A stretch of DNA of 64,000 bases from Selaginella moellendorffii (Eukaryota > Plantae > Lycopodiophyta): NCBI RefSeq assembly GCF_000143415.4, contig NW_003314322.1:1211567-1275566 (forward strand). The letters run 5' to 3'. Position numbers and translations under genes: made by a program. Below, one piece after another: positions 35,024 to 46,853 of the stretch. Position 1 is the first letter of the stretch. Every line of letters begins with the position of its first letter. The notes beneath the pieces are model-generated. The model searched no databases, was not told the DNA's origin, and saw nothing but the letters and a program-made list of their open reading frames with translations.

Positions 35024-37480
35024 CGCTAGAGAAATCCTCGATTTCATTCGTTATGAAATATCAATTAAATTCCTTTCACATATGCACGTGACGTGGCAAT
35101 CTTGGCTTATGTGGCAAGTGATGTGCCACATCACTTGCCGGAGGACCCTTGGTTTTTTTTATTTCTTTTTCTTTCGTCTAAACTTTGCTATGCAGGTTAC
35201 TTTGGGAACGCCTAAGTCGATTACAAACAATAGATGGCCTTCTCTTGGTACGAATTGGAAGGCAGAAGAGTACATAAAGTTTGTCCTGCTACAGACGACA
35301 GTTGTGGCTCTCGAAACAGAGACTCGCTGGAGGCGCTGGAGGAGAGAGGCAGCATCCAGGTATTGAAATCCAGTACCTCCGATCTGATCTTTTGGCCACC
35401 ATGGCGATTCCAAGTCCTTAGCTGCCGCTGCATGCTCTGCGGATATTGGAGCTCCGATCAACATCGCTGATGAAGAGGTGGATTGCGATGAAGAGGTGAA
35501 TGAAGAGGTGAATCTGGATGAAGAGGTTTTAAATGTGGTGACCAAGCAGGATGCCGGTGATGCAAATTCCTGACAACAAAAGTTGGAACTTCATATTTCT
35601 ACGATAAGAACAGGTTTTGTTTGTGATCATGACAATCTCGTCCATACTCATATTTTTATGCAGGTATCAACTCAGATTTCCTCCTGTAAAGAGAACGGCC
35701 CAGGAGATGCTAGCAGCGATTGATCAATAAAAAAATACAAAGGACTTGACAAAAGTAAAGAGGACATACTAACAGCTGCTGGACTGAGTGGAGAGTCAAT
35801 CTTATGGAGGCTCCATCATCTATACTCCTTCAATCCTATCTCAGTTTCTCATAGATCCCATGCGCCGACTTTGCTTGAACCTTTTCAAAATATTTTGCGA
35901 TTACTTGCTTTCGCTCACGACCATGAAGGATGGTATTGATTCTGCTCTGGAGAAGGTATGATCCTTGGTTTTTTTATTTCTTTTTCTTTCGTCTAAACTT
36001 TGCTATGCAGGTTACTTTTGCAGCGCCTAAGTCGATTACAAACAATAGATGGCCTTCTCTTGGTACGAATTGGAAGGCGGAAGAGTACATAAAGTTCGTC
36101 TTGTTACATAGACAGTTGTGGCTCTCGACACAGAGACTCGCGATATTGGTTGTATAATCATGGACATAGCACATCTCTGCTTTGTGAATTCGAAAGTCTA
36201 TGGCTGGAGCAACACCGATCGTACCACAGTTCAGAGGCTTTTAGTAGCTGCAAGAATAAAAAATCCTGGATTTGGTGCCACGACTGGAGCATTGCAGCAC
36301 ATGATTGGTGTGTTTGAGACCTTCTCCTGTTAGTGCTACAATGAATGTGTTTTCTTTTTACCAGGTGTGGAACTAGTCAATGATATTTCTCGACATGGTA
36401 GTCATTTGAGGTATTGGAGCTGGGAATTTGAGAGGTGTGTTAAAACGTTTCTCAAAGTTCCGCCTAACAACAAGGACGAAGAATTATCACACTTTACTAT
36501 GCTCGCATGACATAAGAAACTAGACGAAGATCAGGTGTGTTCTAGCTTTCTTGAGTGTGTTTTGCTTAGCTTTTACCATCTAACTCCTACAGCTTATACC
36601 GTCCAATCGAAACTCTAGACTTTATCAAAACTCCGTGATAAAGCCTGACGTTCCAAGCAAGCTGATCACCACTAGTTGTTTGAAGACATCGTCGATTGTT
36701 AAAGCTCGTGAGCTCTGGGAGCAAGGACGCAACATTTCTGATGAGATTTCTTTGCACCTGCTTGTAAAAGGTAAGAAAAACACTGATGTTTTAGGCTGAC
36801 TTCCAATCTAAATGCTTTCAGGCGTAGTTATTGGGAAGACAGTTTTGGAATTCAGAGTTATTCCTGGCGTTTCAAGCGGTCCAAGTTTTTAGAAAGGTCT
36901 TTTACGAGCAGCGAGCAGCAGCGAGCAGTAGGAAGCAGCAATGAGCAGCAGGGAGCAGTAGGGAGCAGTAGGGAGCAGCAGGGAGGAACTTGGCAGCGCA
37001 CTCCAGATGGCGCCAGCCAGGCATGAGATGACGATGAGCATGGAGTTGGCGGTGGACAAGGTGCTCAGCCTGAGGTGCTAGCAGGAGGAGAGCAGTGGCA
37101 AGGTGGTGGTGGCAGAGGAGGAGGAGCCTGATGTGGCTCAGCAGCTAGCAGCAGCAAGTGAGCCAGCAGCAGTGAGCAGCCCAGCAGCAGTGAGCAGCCA
37201 GCAGTAGAGAGCGGCACGAGCAGCAGCAGCGAGCTAGCTTGTAATTGAGCGAATCAATTCAATTAACGATTCAGATTTTTTTGCTGATGTGGCATTTTAT
37301 TGTCCACATAGGTAGTGATGTGTTAATTTAATGTGGCAATAGGCAATGTTATTGTGTAATTTAAAATTTTCACATATAAAGCTAAAATTAATTATAAATG
37401 AATTTGTGATGAAGGTTTAAAAAATTCACAAGTGTTTCATTTTAATTTCATTCATTGTGATAATTAATTTTTCTCTAGTG
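35024..37480 (+). mobile_element. Defective CACTA (En/Spm) DNA transposon
   Basis: TIRs CGCTAGAGAAA (35024) and TTTCTCTAGTG (ending 37480); 3-bp TSD GGC on both sides; subterminal ATGTGGCA/TGCCACAT repeats at both ends. Transposase remnants GLSGESILWRL, WKAEEYIKF, ISRHG..RYWSWEFER; internal duplication about 35148-35330 / 35962-36140. Confidence 0.88.
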
Positions 37481-38629
37481 GGCAGCACAAGTTTACTTTT
37501 ATTCTAGCCTTATATTTCCATGGGGAATGAAAACAAACAAGATTTTCAAGATGGTGTTAGTTATATTGTTATAACATTGATGCCAACCATATAAAGCAGG
37601 TTAAAGACACTATAGTGACTAAATCTAATGCAATATCTAAAGAATGGCCAATTGTTAATATGGTCACACTCACTTTAGATAAGATTGAAAACCTTGAGAA
37701 ATCCACTTTCAATCTTGAAAGGAGAGTTGGAGACATGAGTGACAAAACTAAGATTATTCTCACAAAGCTGTATAAAAAACTAACAAAAGAAGGTAAGGTA
37801 GTTAAATTTATTGATACTATCTCCAAGCAAAAGTAAGGTTAAATAAGTTATGCTTAAGTGAGATTCTCTACATGAAGTACATCATTGCGCTTGCAAAGGA
37901 ATATATAGTCAAAACAGATGGTGGAGTACACAATTGCCATTCAAGACTTTCCTTTTTGCATATGTTTAGACTTTATGAAGTACGAAGAATATGGGAAGGC
38001 ATATACTCTTTACAAGCATATGTATTACATCTTTATTAATATCTTACACTAGAATTCTAAAATAGATATTCATATATACTAAGCAAGCTTTACTATTGTT
38101 GAGTTGCAGAAAACTTTTGGAGCTAACTAAATTTTCTAAGACTATCAATGTTTATTCTCTATCAATAATATAAACTTATTATACTTTATATAATTAATTA
38201 TTTTTTTCATTTTACTTTTCATTTGATATACTTGCAAGTGTTCTTCTGTAATACTACCTATAGTATTCGTGTGTCTTTACCATCTCAAAAAATATTTCAT
38301 GGTAGTTTTTCGGGTGTGTGATGTTGGATGTATCGCGAAAGCATATATACTATCATATTGATCATCATTATTGTTTCCTTCAGAAGCTAGAAAACTGTGA
38401 GACACAAAATCCCTAGGCCCCAAAGTGGAGCCGGAAGGGTGCCACATGGTAGTGGCCGAAGCGAAAGCCAAACGAGTGTAACACGTTTGGGCCAAAAGCT
38501 CCGCCTTGAAAGGTCGAGAGCGGGAGTGGAACTCCTAACGAAGGGCTCGAGGAATGAGCACAAAACGAGCAATAAGCGAGGCTCCAAAAAGGGACCCAAA
38601 AGGACCAAGACATGACACATGGTAGTGTC

Positions 38630-39106
38630 CGAGAAGGACCCGAGATGGAGTCCGAGGTGGAGTCCGAAGTGGAGTCCGAGTTGGAGTCCGAAGTGGAGTC
38701 CGAGGTGGACCCGAGATGGACCCGAGATCGAGTCCGAGGTGGACCCGAGATGGACCCGAAATGGAGTCCGAGATGGAGTCCGAGATTGAGTCCGAGATGG
38801 ACCTGAGATGGAGTCCGAGATGGACCGAGACGGAGTCCGAGATGGAGTCCGAGATGGAGTCCGAGATGGAGTCCGAGACGGAGTCCGAGATGGACCCGAG
38901 ATGGAGTCTGAGATGGACCCGAGATGGAGTCCGAGATGGACCCGAGACGGAGTCCGAGATGGAGTCCGAGATGGAGTCCGAGATGGAGTCTGAGATGGAC
39001 CCGAGACCGAGACCGAGGCCGAAGCCGAGACCGAGACCGAGTCCGAGTCCGAAACCGGGACCGAGACCGAGTTCGAGTCCGAGTTCGAGCCCGAGTCCGA
39101 GTCCGA
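38630..39106 (+). repeat. Minisatellite within family-A LTRs (GGAGTCCGAGAT / GGACCCGAGAT units grading into CCGAGW hexamers)
   Basis: Also at about 44455-44916, 47090-47470, 54160-54295 and inverted at 62140-62575; unit number and order vary between copies. Confidence 0.95.
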
Positions 39107-42100
39107 ATACTAATACAGACAGTTGGGTGAAAGCCCAAAGCAATCGTCCCCCAGGGGGGGGGGGGCTGCAGGGGGTTCCAAAAGTATAGTAGGGAGAGTG
39201 TGGGGGTTGGAGCCCTGTGGAGCCAGTTTGGCCCAGGAAAGGCCAGTTGGGCCCAGGAAGGCCAGACCCAGTGTTGGGTGATGAACTGACCACTGGGAAG
39301 TCCAAGACTAGAGTGAATACGGACCGACAAGCGGGGTAGCTTGGTGAAGCGTTCAAGAGCCGGCTCTAGTTCCCCCGGGAGATCGACTGGCCGATGCTCC
39401 CAGTCCAAGTGTGGGTGGCACTACCTACTTAGATACCAGGCGTGGCTCAACGGAACCTCGCTCTAAGCCCATGGCTAGAGCACCCAATGGTAGAAGGCAA
39501 GGAGAGTACCTAGGTGGCTCGCGTAAGGCCACGGTGTTCCGAAATGTTGCCCCAAAGGCCCAGACTGTGGAAAGGAAGGGGAGCAGTCCTCTGGGGTAGT
39601 GACCAAGGACACAGTCGTGTGGCGAGGAAGTCCCAGAGGACCGTGGGACTTAGTGGTCGGGCCTGTGGGTCTTGATCAAGTGGCAGTGTTGGCAAACATG
39701 GCCAGGGGCAGAAAGGGACTTAGTGGGGACTGACAGAGGGATATTGGGGAAGGCTATTCCCCTTGTCGGTGGGCATCCTAAGGATGCTAAGGAGTGGATC
39801 TAAGATGACCACTTACGGATGGTTTGCCTAGTCTTGGAGAGCCAAGACTGTGATGCAAGTGGTATTGGACTACCAGTGTGGCAAAGGTGATTGGGCATGG
39901 CCTTAGCGTAACGGGCTGCTATGTCGGTGGTACCTTTGAGTGTCGGTCATGGGATCGGACACGTGGAGCACTTGGACCAAGTGCAAATGTTGAGTGGCAT
40001 GGATGCCATTCTCGGGGCTAGCAAGTCCCAAGTCCTGGATTGGACTTATGGAGGTTGTGAATGAGACTCCTCCAAGTGGTCGGAGGTGTGGTTAAGTGAC
40101 TAAAGTAGAATGAAAAATTTAGTCGCTTACAACTTGGTATCGGAGCTGTTCCTTAGTCCGACTTTTATTGGTGCTCAAGTATATCACCATTGATATTGGC
40201 ATTGGAAGGTCCTAGGGGTGGGCTTATCCTTGAGGAGTAGCATGCCGAGAGGACATGGCTCTCCACTCAAGTTCATGCGTGACTTGGGTGCGATGTGGTG
40301 GATAGAAAAGGGGCCAGTAAAGGAACGACTTTGGGATCTTGGGAACAGTATATGGTTTTCCTCAGAGAGTTGAGGATGTGATCCAGATGAGCGTTTGACT
40401 TAGCAAACTGGCTAATGTAGTTGTGGAAAACAACTACAGTTGGGATCACGGGAAAGATAAAGACTCCAAAGCAATAAAGGAGTCACAAGATTATCCTCAT
40501 ATAGTTGAGGTTGGTGCTCATGAATGTGAGACCAGAAGTAATGACCGTGGGAGGTCAAATACGGAAGAGGACCCAAGTCCTTGAAATGGTAGCCGGGGCT
40601 ACCTTTAATAAATGCTGGAACAACCCAAGGAGTTGGGGGGTGTACTTAGAGATGAGTGGTATTCTCATCACATGGACAAGTAGTCCTAAGGGGCAAAGGT
40701 TGCCCCCAGAGAACAAAATCAAGTGTCAGAGTAACACTTGTGAAAATAGTCCTTTTGAGTAGGACAGGAATGCAAAAAGTGTATTTCAGTGAGCTAGTGC
40801 CTCACAAGTAGGACCTTACGAGTTTGTGGATTAACCAAGTCCAAAACTGCTAGATGACTCAAGTAGAGTCAAGGAATGGTCCTAAAAGGACTGATGGAAG
40901 CATTTGGACTGAGGTGTGTTGTACCCCACGAAGGATGGGGGAGGATCATAGGATCCAAGGATGAGAACAGAGGGTATCTCATCGATGGCAAAATGTGCCA
41001 TGCTAAAGTCGTGGGAAAGGTGTTCCCAAAAAGAAAACAACTTTGACACAAAGTTGTGTGTGACCTCTATGGTGCAGTGCTAACAGATGGTTGGCATGAG
41101 AAAGAGCAATATTGGTCTTGGCAAAGACTTAGACACAAAGAAGAAGTGTCATAGAGGTAGGCTCGTGGAGCTGATGGTGTGGAGACACCAAAGGTGCCAA
41201 GGTGTGATACCTTGAGGCTATGTTGGTGGGTTCATGAGAACCCCTTGCCAAAGGAATCCCAATGGAAATGGGAATGGCATAGCCTAAACTGCAGAGCATG
41301 CAGTTGGAGTGTGGTGACCCAGATAATGATGGGGGTGTGAAAGCACCAAGCAATGAGTAGTAGGATTTGACAACTATGAGGCAACTAAGCAAGAGGTGCA
41401 AAATAACTGGTTAAACGGGTAGAAGGTAGCTACCCAAGACTTCTAGCATAGGGAAGTCGGACATACCCTTACGGGGGATAAGTTGCTTATGTTGCAATAT
41501 AGTAAGTCAATGTCATAAAAGGAAATACTCATTGTCAAGAAAGCCATCATTGGGACACCCAAACACTCTAGAACACCAGAAGGTGGTGTTTGATGTCGCG
41601 AGGGCAATGGATAAGGCCCAAGGGACTAAGTCCCTAGCGAATGATGGATAGAAGGTGCTATCCAAATGTCCAAGGTTGCGGAGACAGGAGAGGACTGTCT
41701 ACCCAAGTTGGACAAAGCCAAAAATGGAATTTTGGCAAGGCTAGTGATGGGCATGTAAAGGCCCATAAGCAACAATGTAATCCCAGTGTGTGGGATTATA
41801 AGGTGAGCATACCCGGATTGAGGAACCACTCCCTGGGCTATTGGGTAGGTTCATCCCTAAGAATACTTGCTAAGGCATGATAGAAAGTGCAAAGCTATCC
41901 TCTTGGTCTGGAGGAGAATAACCAAAGGAAACATATGGGGCCAAAAGGCAAGTAGTATTGGGATGGAACTGAACCATAGAAATCGAAGGGCATAACCAAG
42001 GTTGGTTATGCCAGCTAGGAGTGGAGAATCAAGTGGGGGCTCGAGGGTGTTGCCGCTAGCAACCGTGATGCCATGGAGAGTCTAGAATATGGAATTATCC

Positions 42101-43987
42101 ATGTTAGACTATGTGGCAATTGGAAAGCTTGCAAAAAGGGAGGCCTTAGCAAGCTAGTTCCTTCAAGGTTCCCAAAGACGATTCTAGGTAGCTTAGTACC
42201 TAGAAAGGCCAAGTGTAAATGGTTCATAGAACGCGCGAAATCAGAGTGGCGTAGCAGAAGCGTGGTCTTGAAGCTTGCCATGAGGCAAGGCTATCAAGGT
42301 TAGGGAAGTAGTTCCCGAGTGTTCAAAGAGAGGGCTTTGAACGAAAGTTGATGGTTAAGGACTTCCACGCTTATGCATGAACCATGTTACGGTGGCCGGA
42401 TGACTTGCTAAGTGAGATTGGCAAGTTGGGGGGAACAAATACCCTAGTTGAAGGTGCTAACTTCAAAAAGGGTGGCCCATGGGGCCAAGCATGGAGGAGC
42501 CCATGCATGATCACAGATATGTCAAGTGAGAGGACTTGGCAGTGTGGGGGAACTAGGTTCCTAAGCTGTGATCTGTAGCGCGCTTTAAAAATAAGTTGGT
42601 GCACCGGCGTGGGGAGTCACGCCAGGCATCTTGTGTGATGTCGTCCGTAGATGCATATACGGAGGTTGGGTTCGAATCCCGACCCTCTAGTGCTTGGGTT
42701 CGAGTCCCAAATCACTAGGGCGTGGTGATGGTTTGGAATATGAGGACACTCATATTTCGGTGGTCATGGACTTTCAGTGGGGAGACTGGTTTGGGCACAC
42801 CGCCAAGCGAGGGATGCCTCGGAGTCGTGATGCACAGTTAGATTGCTTAGTGTGGCTCAGCATATCTAACTTGAACACTTTGGTGCAAGTGGCACCAAGG
42901 ACGTGGTGAATGAGATGGGGACACCCAGGGCGCACCGCCAAGTGTGGGGGATGCCCCCGGGGTCGTAGTTAACAAGTTAAAGGTCTGGAAGACCTAGTAC
43001 CTATTGGCAAACCTGTTAAGGTGCCGAGGTGAGATCACTAGGTGATCTTGTGGCTAAATAAGGACGCGGTCCTTGTTTGGGCTAAGGAATAAGGTTCCTA
43101 GTTCAAAGTGTTGATTTGAACTATTGATGATGGTGTGGCTTGGTCAAGGTGACCAAGTGGGTAAAGCACCTTAGGGAAATGAGCTATGTAATTGCGATGG
43201 CATAGTGTGTCCAAGGAAAGTAGTCTCTAAAGAGACCCATGGGAGGGTCACAAAGTTGGGCCGTGGATAAAGCCCACAACAGAAGATGCTAAAGAGACTT
43301 ACTAGGGGTGAACACCCTAGTGTTGGCAAAGCAGAGCCTTTGCTATGGGATCAAAAGAATACCTCAAGGAGGGAGGTAGAGATTCGGTGTTGCTTGGTGC
43401 AACAATCAACGGATAGGAGCAAAAGATGAGTGGCCAAGATAGGGCACTTGGAAGGAATCCAAGTGGCAAAGTTAGGCGAGGAACACTAATGTGTTGGACG
43501 CTAACAAATTGCGGGAAAGGAAGTGTGTTTCCAAGGATGGATTCCGAATTGCTCCGATTTGGCGAAAGTGGAAGCTCCAAGGGAGGGAGCGGTAAGGTAG
43601 CCAAATGATAGGGCCATGGACAGCCCTAGCACAAAGTATGATAAATGGAACTTAGTGCCCAAGGTGGCACGAAATAGAAGAGAAGATGATGGTGCCCTCA
43701 AGTAAAGAACATCCTAAGATGGGGAAGTGGAGTTGCACAAAAAGTGCAATGCAAAGTGTTGGAGACACCTAGGAAATTGACTTCCAGAAGGCAAAGAGTA
43801 AAAGTTCCAAGGTGCAAATGTTCCATAGATGGAAATTGAGACTACTCGAGAAGGAGTAGTGGGATTGACTTAGAGAAGGGTCTCTAAGAGGTTTAACGAG
43901 AACTAAACCAATAAAAGGAGAGAACCACTACATGTGGTCCAATCAGTCTCTAAGTTGGAGAGACTACCCTCCTTAGAGGATGGGCAA

Positions 43988-44112
43988 AGCATGGTGAGCC
44001 TTTGGTGTCAAACCATTGACGAATATGCAGAAGGCATGGTGAGCCTTCAATGTCAAACCATTGACGAATATGCAGAAGGCATGGTGAGCCTTCAGTGTCA
44101 GACCATTGACAA
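43988..44112 (+). repeat. 45-bp tandem repeat, about 3 copies
   Basis: gcatggtgagccttyrrtgtcaaaccattgacgaatatgcagaag repeated; single-copy in the second family-A element. Confidence 0.9.
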
Positions 44113-46067
44113 ATATTGGCTAGGTGCCAAGGATGGAAATGGTAACACATGAGGGTGTTACTTTATAAAATGGTTTACCGTTCGATGAGGACATCGAACT
44201 TCGTCTATGGGTGGTGGAGTTGTGAGACACAAAATCCCTAGGCCCCAAAGTGGAGCCGGAAGGGTGCCACGTGGTAGTGGCCGAAGCGAAAGCCAAACGA
44301 GTGTAACACGTTTGGGCCAAAAGCTCCGCCTTGAAAGGTCGAGAGCGGGAGTGGAACTCCTAACGAAGGGCTCGAGGAATGAGCACAAAACGAGCAATAA
44401 GCGAGGCTCCAAAAAGGGACCCAAAAGGACCAAGACATGACACATGGTAGTGTCCGAGAAGGACCCGAGATGGAGTCCGAGGTGGAGTCCGAAGTGGAGT
44501 CCGAGTTGGAGTCCGAAGTGGAGTCCGAGGTGGACCCGAGATGGACCCGAGATCGAGTCCGAGGTGGACCCGAGATGGACCCGAAATGGAGTCCGAGATG
44601 GAGTCCGAGATCGAGTCCGAGATGGACCCGAGATGGAGTCCGAGATGGACCGAGACGGAGTCCGAGATGGAGTCCGAGATGGAGTCCGAGACGGAGTCCG
44701 AGATGGACCCGAGATGGAGTCCAAGATGGACCCGAGATGGAGTCCGAGATGGATCCGAGACGGAGTCCGAGATGGAGTCCGAGATGGAGTCCGAGATGGA
44801 GTCTGAGATGGACCCGAGACCGAGACCGAGGCCGAAGCCGAGACCGAGACTGAGTCCGAGTCCGAAACCGGGACCGAGACCGAGTCCGAGTCCGAGTTCG
44901 AGCCCGAGTCCGAGTCCAAATACTAATACAGGCAGTTGGGTGAAAGCCCAAAGCGATTGTCCCCCAGGGGGGGGGGGGGGGGGGGCTGCAGGGGGTTCCA
45001 AAAGTATAGTAGGGAGAGTGTGGGGGTTGGAGCCCAGTGGAGCCAGTTTGGCCAGGAAGGGCCAGTTTGGCCCAAGAAAGGCCAGTTGGGCCTAGGAAGG
45101 CCAGACCCAATGTTGGGTGATGAACTGACCACTGGGAAGTCCAAGACTAGAGTGAATACGGACCGACAAGTGGGGTAGCTTGGTGAAGTGTTCAAGAGCC
45201 GGCTCTAGTTCCCCCGGGAGATCGACTGGCCGATGCTCCCAGTCCAAGTGTGGGTGGCACTACCTACTTGGATACCAGGCGTGGCTCAACGGAACCTCGC
45301 TCTAAGCCCATGGCTAGAGCACCCAATGGTAGAAGGCGAGGAGAGTACCTAGGTGGCTCGCGTAAGGCCACGGTGTTCCGAAATGTTGCCCCAAAGGCCC
45401 AGACTGTGGAAAGGAAGGGGAGCAGTCCTCTGGGGTAGTGACCAAGGACACAGTCGTGTGGCGAGGAAGTCCCAGAGGACCGTGGGACTTAGTGGTCGGG
45501 CCTGTGGGTCTCGATCAAGTGGCAGTGTTGGCAAACATGGCCAGGGGCAGAAAGGGACTTAGTGGGGACTGACAGAGGGATATTGGGGAAGGCTATTCCC
45601 CTTGTCGGTGGGCATCCTAAGGATGCTAAGGAGTGGATCTAAGATGACCACTCACGGATGGTTTGCCTAGTCTTGGAGAGCCAAGACTGTGATGCAAGTG
45701 GTATTGGACTACCAGTGTGGCAAAGGTGATTGGGCATGGCCTTAGCGTAACGGGCTGCTATGTCGGTGGTACCTTTGAGTGTCGGTCATGGGATCGGACA
45801 CGTGGAGCACTTGGACCAAGTGCAAATGTTGAGTGGCATGGATGCCATTCTCGGGGCTAGCAAGTCCCAAGTCCTGGATTGGACTTATGGAGGTTGTGAA
45901 TGAGACTCCTCCAAGTGGTCGGAGGTGTGGTTAAGTGACTAAAGTAGAATGAAAAATTTAGTCGCTTACAAAAACATATAGGGCATTTCTTGAAAGTTAC
46001 AAAATTGCAATTCTTTAAAACAAGTAAAAGAGCATTTTTTTTCACTCAATTTGTAGTGCTCTTTGTT

Positions 46068-46853
46068 TGTAGCACATGTGACTTTTACCCTCTATCATAT
46101 GGTGATTTACCATAGGATAACCACGAAGCGGAACTTAAACCTTCCATGTGCCACGTGTCACATGCCACGTGCCATGTGCCACATGTCACATGTCACGTGC
46201 CATATGCTACATGTCCAAAGGATAGCAAAGTGGAACTTGAGTTTTAGAGCCTTGGGCCACTGAACGAAGGAACGGAGCTAAACTCTAAAGCATGGAGCCA
46301 AGAAGCGATAGAACCAAAGCATAGAGTAACTCTCGAACATTCAGTTTAAAAAGCGAAGGGACATGAGCACAGAGTGATTTAGAACAATCCTAGAGCATTC
46401 AACATCCCAATGCCAAGACCAATATGCAAAATGGAGCCAAATGGAGTCTGACACTATTTCAACATATTAGTGGCCTAACGTGAGGATATAAGTATTCCAC
46501 CAACTAGCATGGTATGAACTTGGGCTTAGACCTAAGTTGGACGTAGAACAAGGATAGACACAAAAATAGGAGTTAGACTATACCTTAGGTTGATCAGCCA
46601 TGCCCACTATTCCTACTATATATTTGGAACCCCCTATAGACCCCCTCCCCCCTGAAGAACACACACTTTGGGCTTCCATCCTTAGCCATCCTTAGTACCA
46701 GGAGTTAGTCTCTGAGACCAACTCAAAACTTACTAAATATGGAATGTTCCTAGATTGTGAATTTGGACATGGGACGAACACTATTGTGCTCAGGACAATC
46801 TCTACATTTCGTAGATATGCCAAATTAACAAATTTAAACACTTTTCATAATTA
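46068..46853 (-). mobile_element. Family-B LTR fragment, interrupted by the second family-A copy
   Basis: Starts TGTAGCACATGTG and is colinear with 55682-56440; homology stops where TGTGAGACAC begins at 46854. Confidence 0.85.

Larger units (their letters stand above)
38396..45970 (+). mobile_element. Complete non-autonomous LTR retroelement, family A (LARD-like)
   Basis: LTRs 38396-40131 and 44221-45970 (TGTGAG...CTTACA, near-identical); TSD AAAAC on both sides; PBS TGGTATCGGAGC at 40135-40146; PPT-like GGGTGGTGGAGT. The 4.1-kb interior has no gag/pol ORF. Confidence 0.93.

Noticed and set aside
38630-39106. CRISPR-like appearance of the LTR repeats
   Set aside because: No unique spacers, no cas genes, eukaryotic context.
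38413-39408. Long ORFs such as MESEMESE / SDSISDS / LGLHLG (also at 44158-45110, 47070-47669, 62031-62863)
   Set aside because: By-products of the stop-free LTR minisatellite; open in several frames on both strands.
42664-42720. tRNA gene
   Set aside because: T-arm-like hairpins only; no acceptor stem, D-arm and anticodon arm cloverleaf could be built.
40132-44220. gag/pol in the family-A interior (and likewise family B)
   Set aside because: No substantial ORF and no zinc-knuckle, protease, RT or integrase motif recognised; a very decayed coding origin cannot be excluded.
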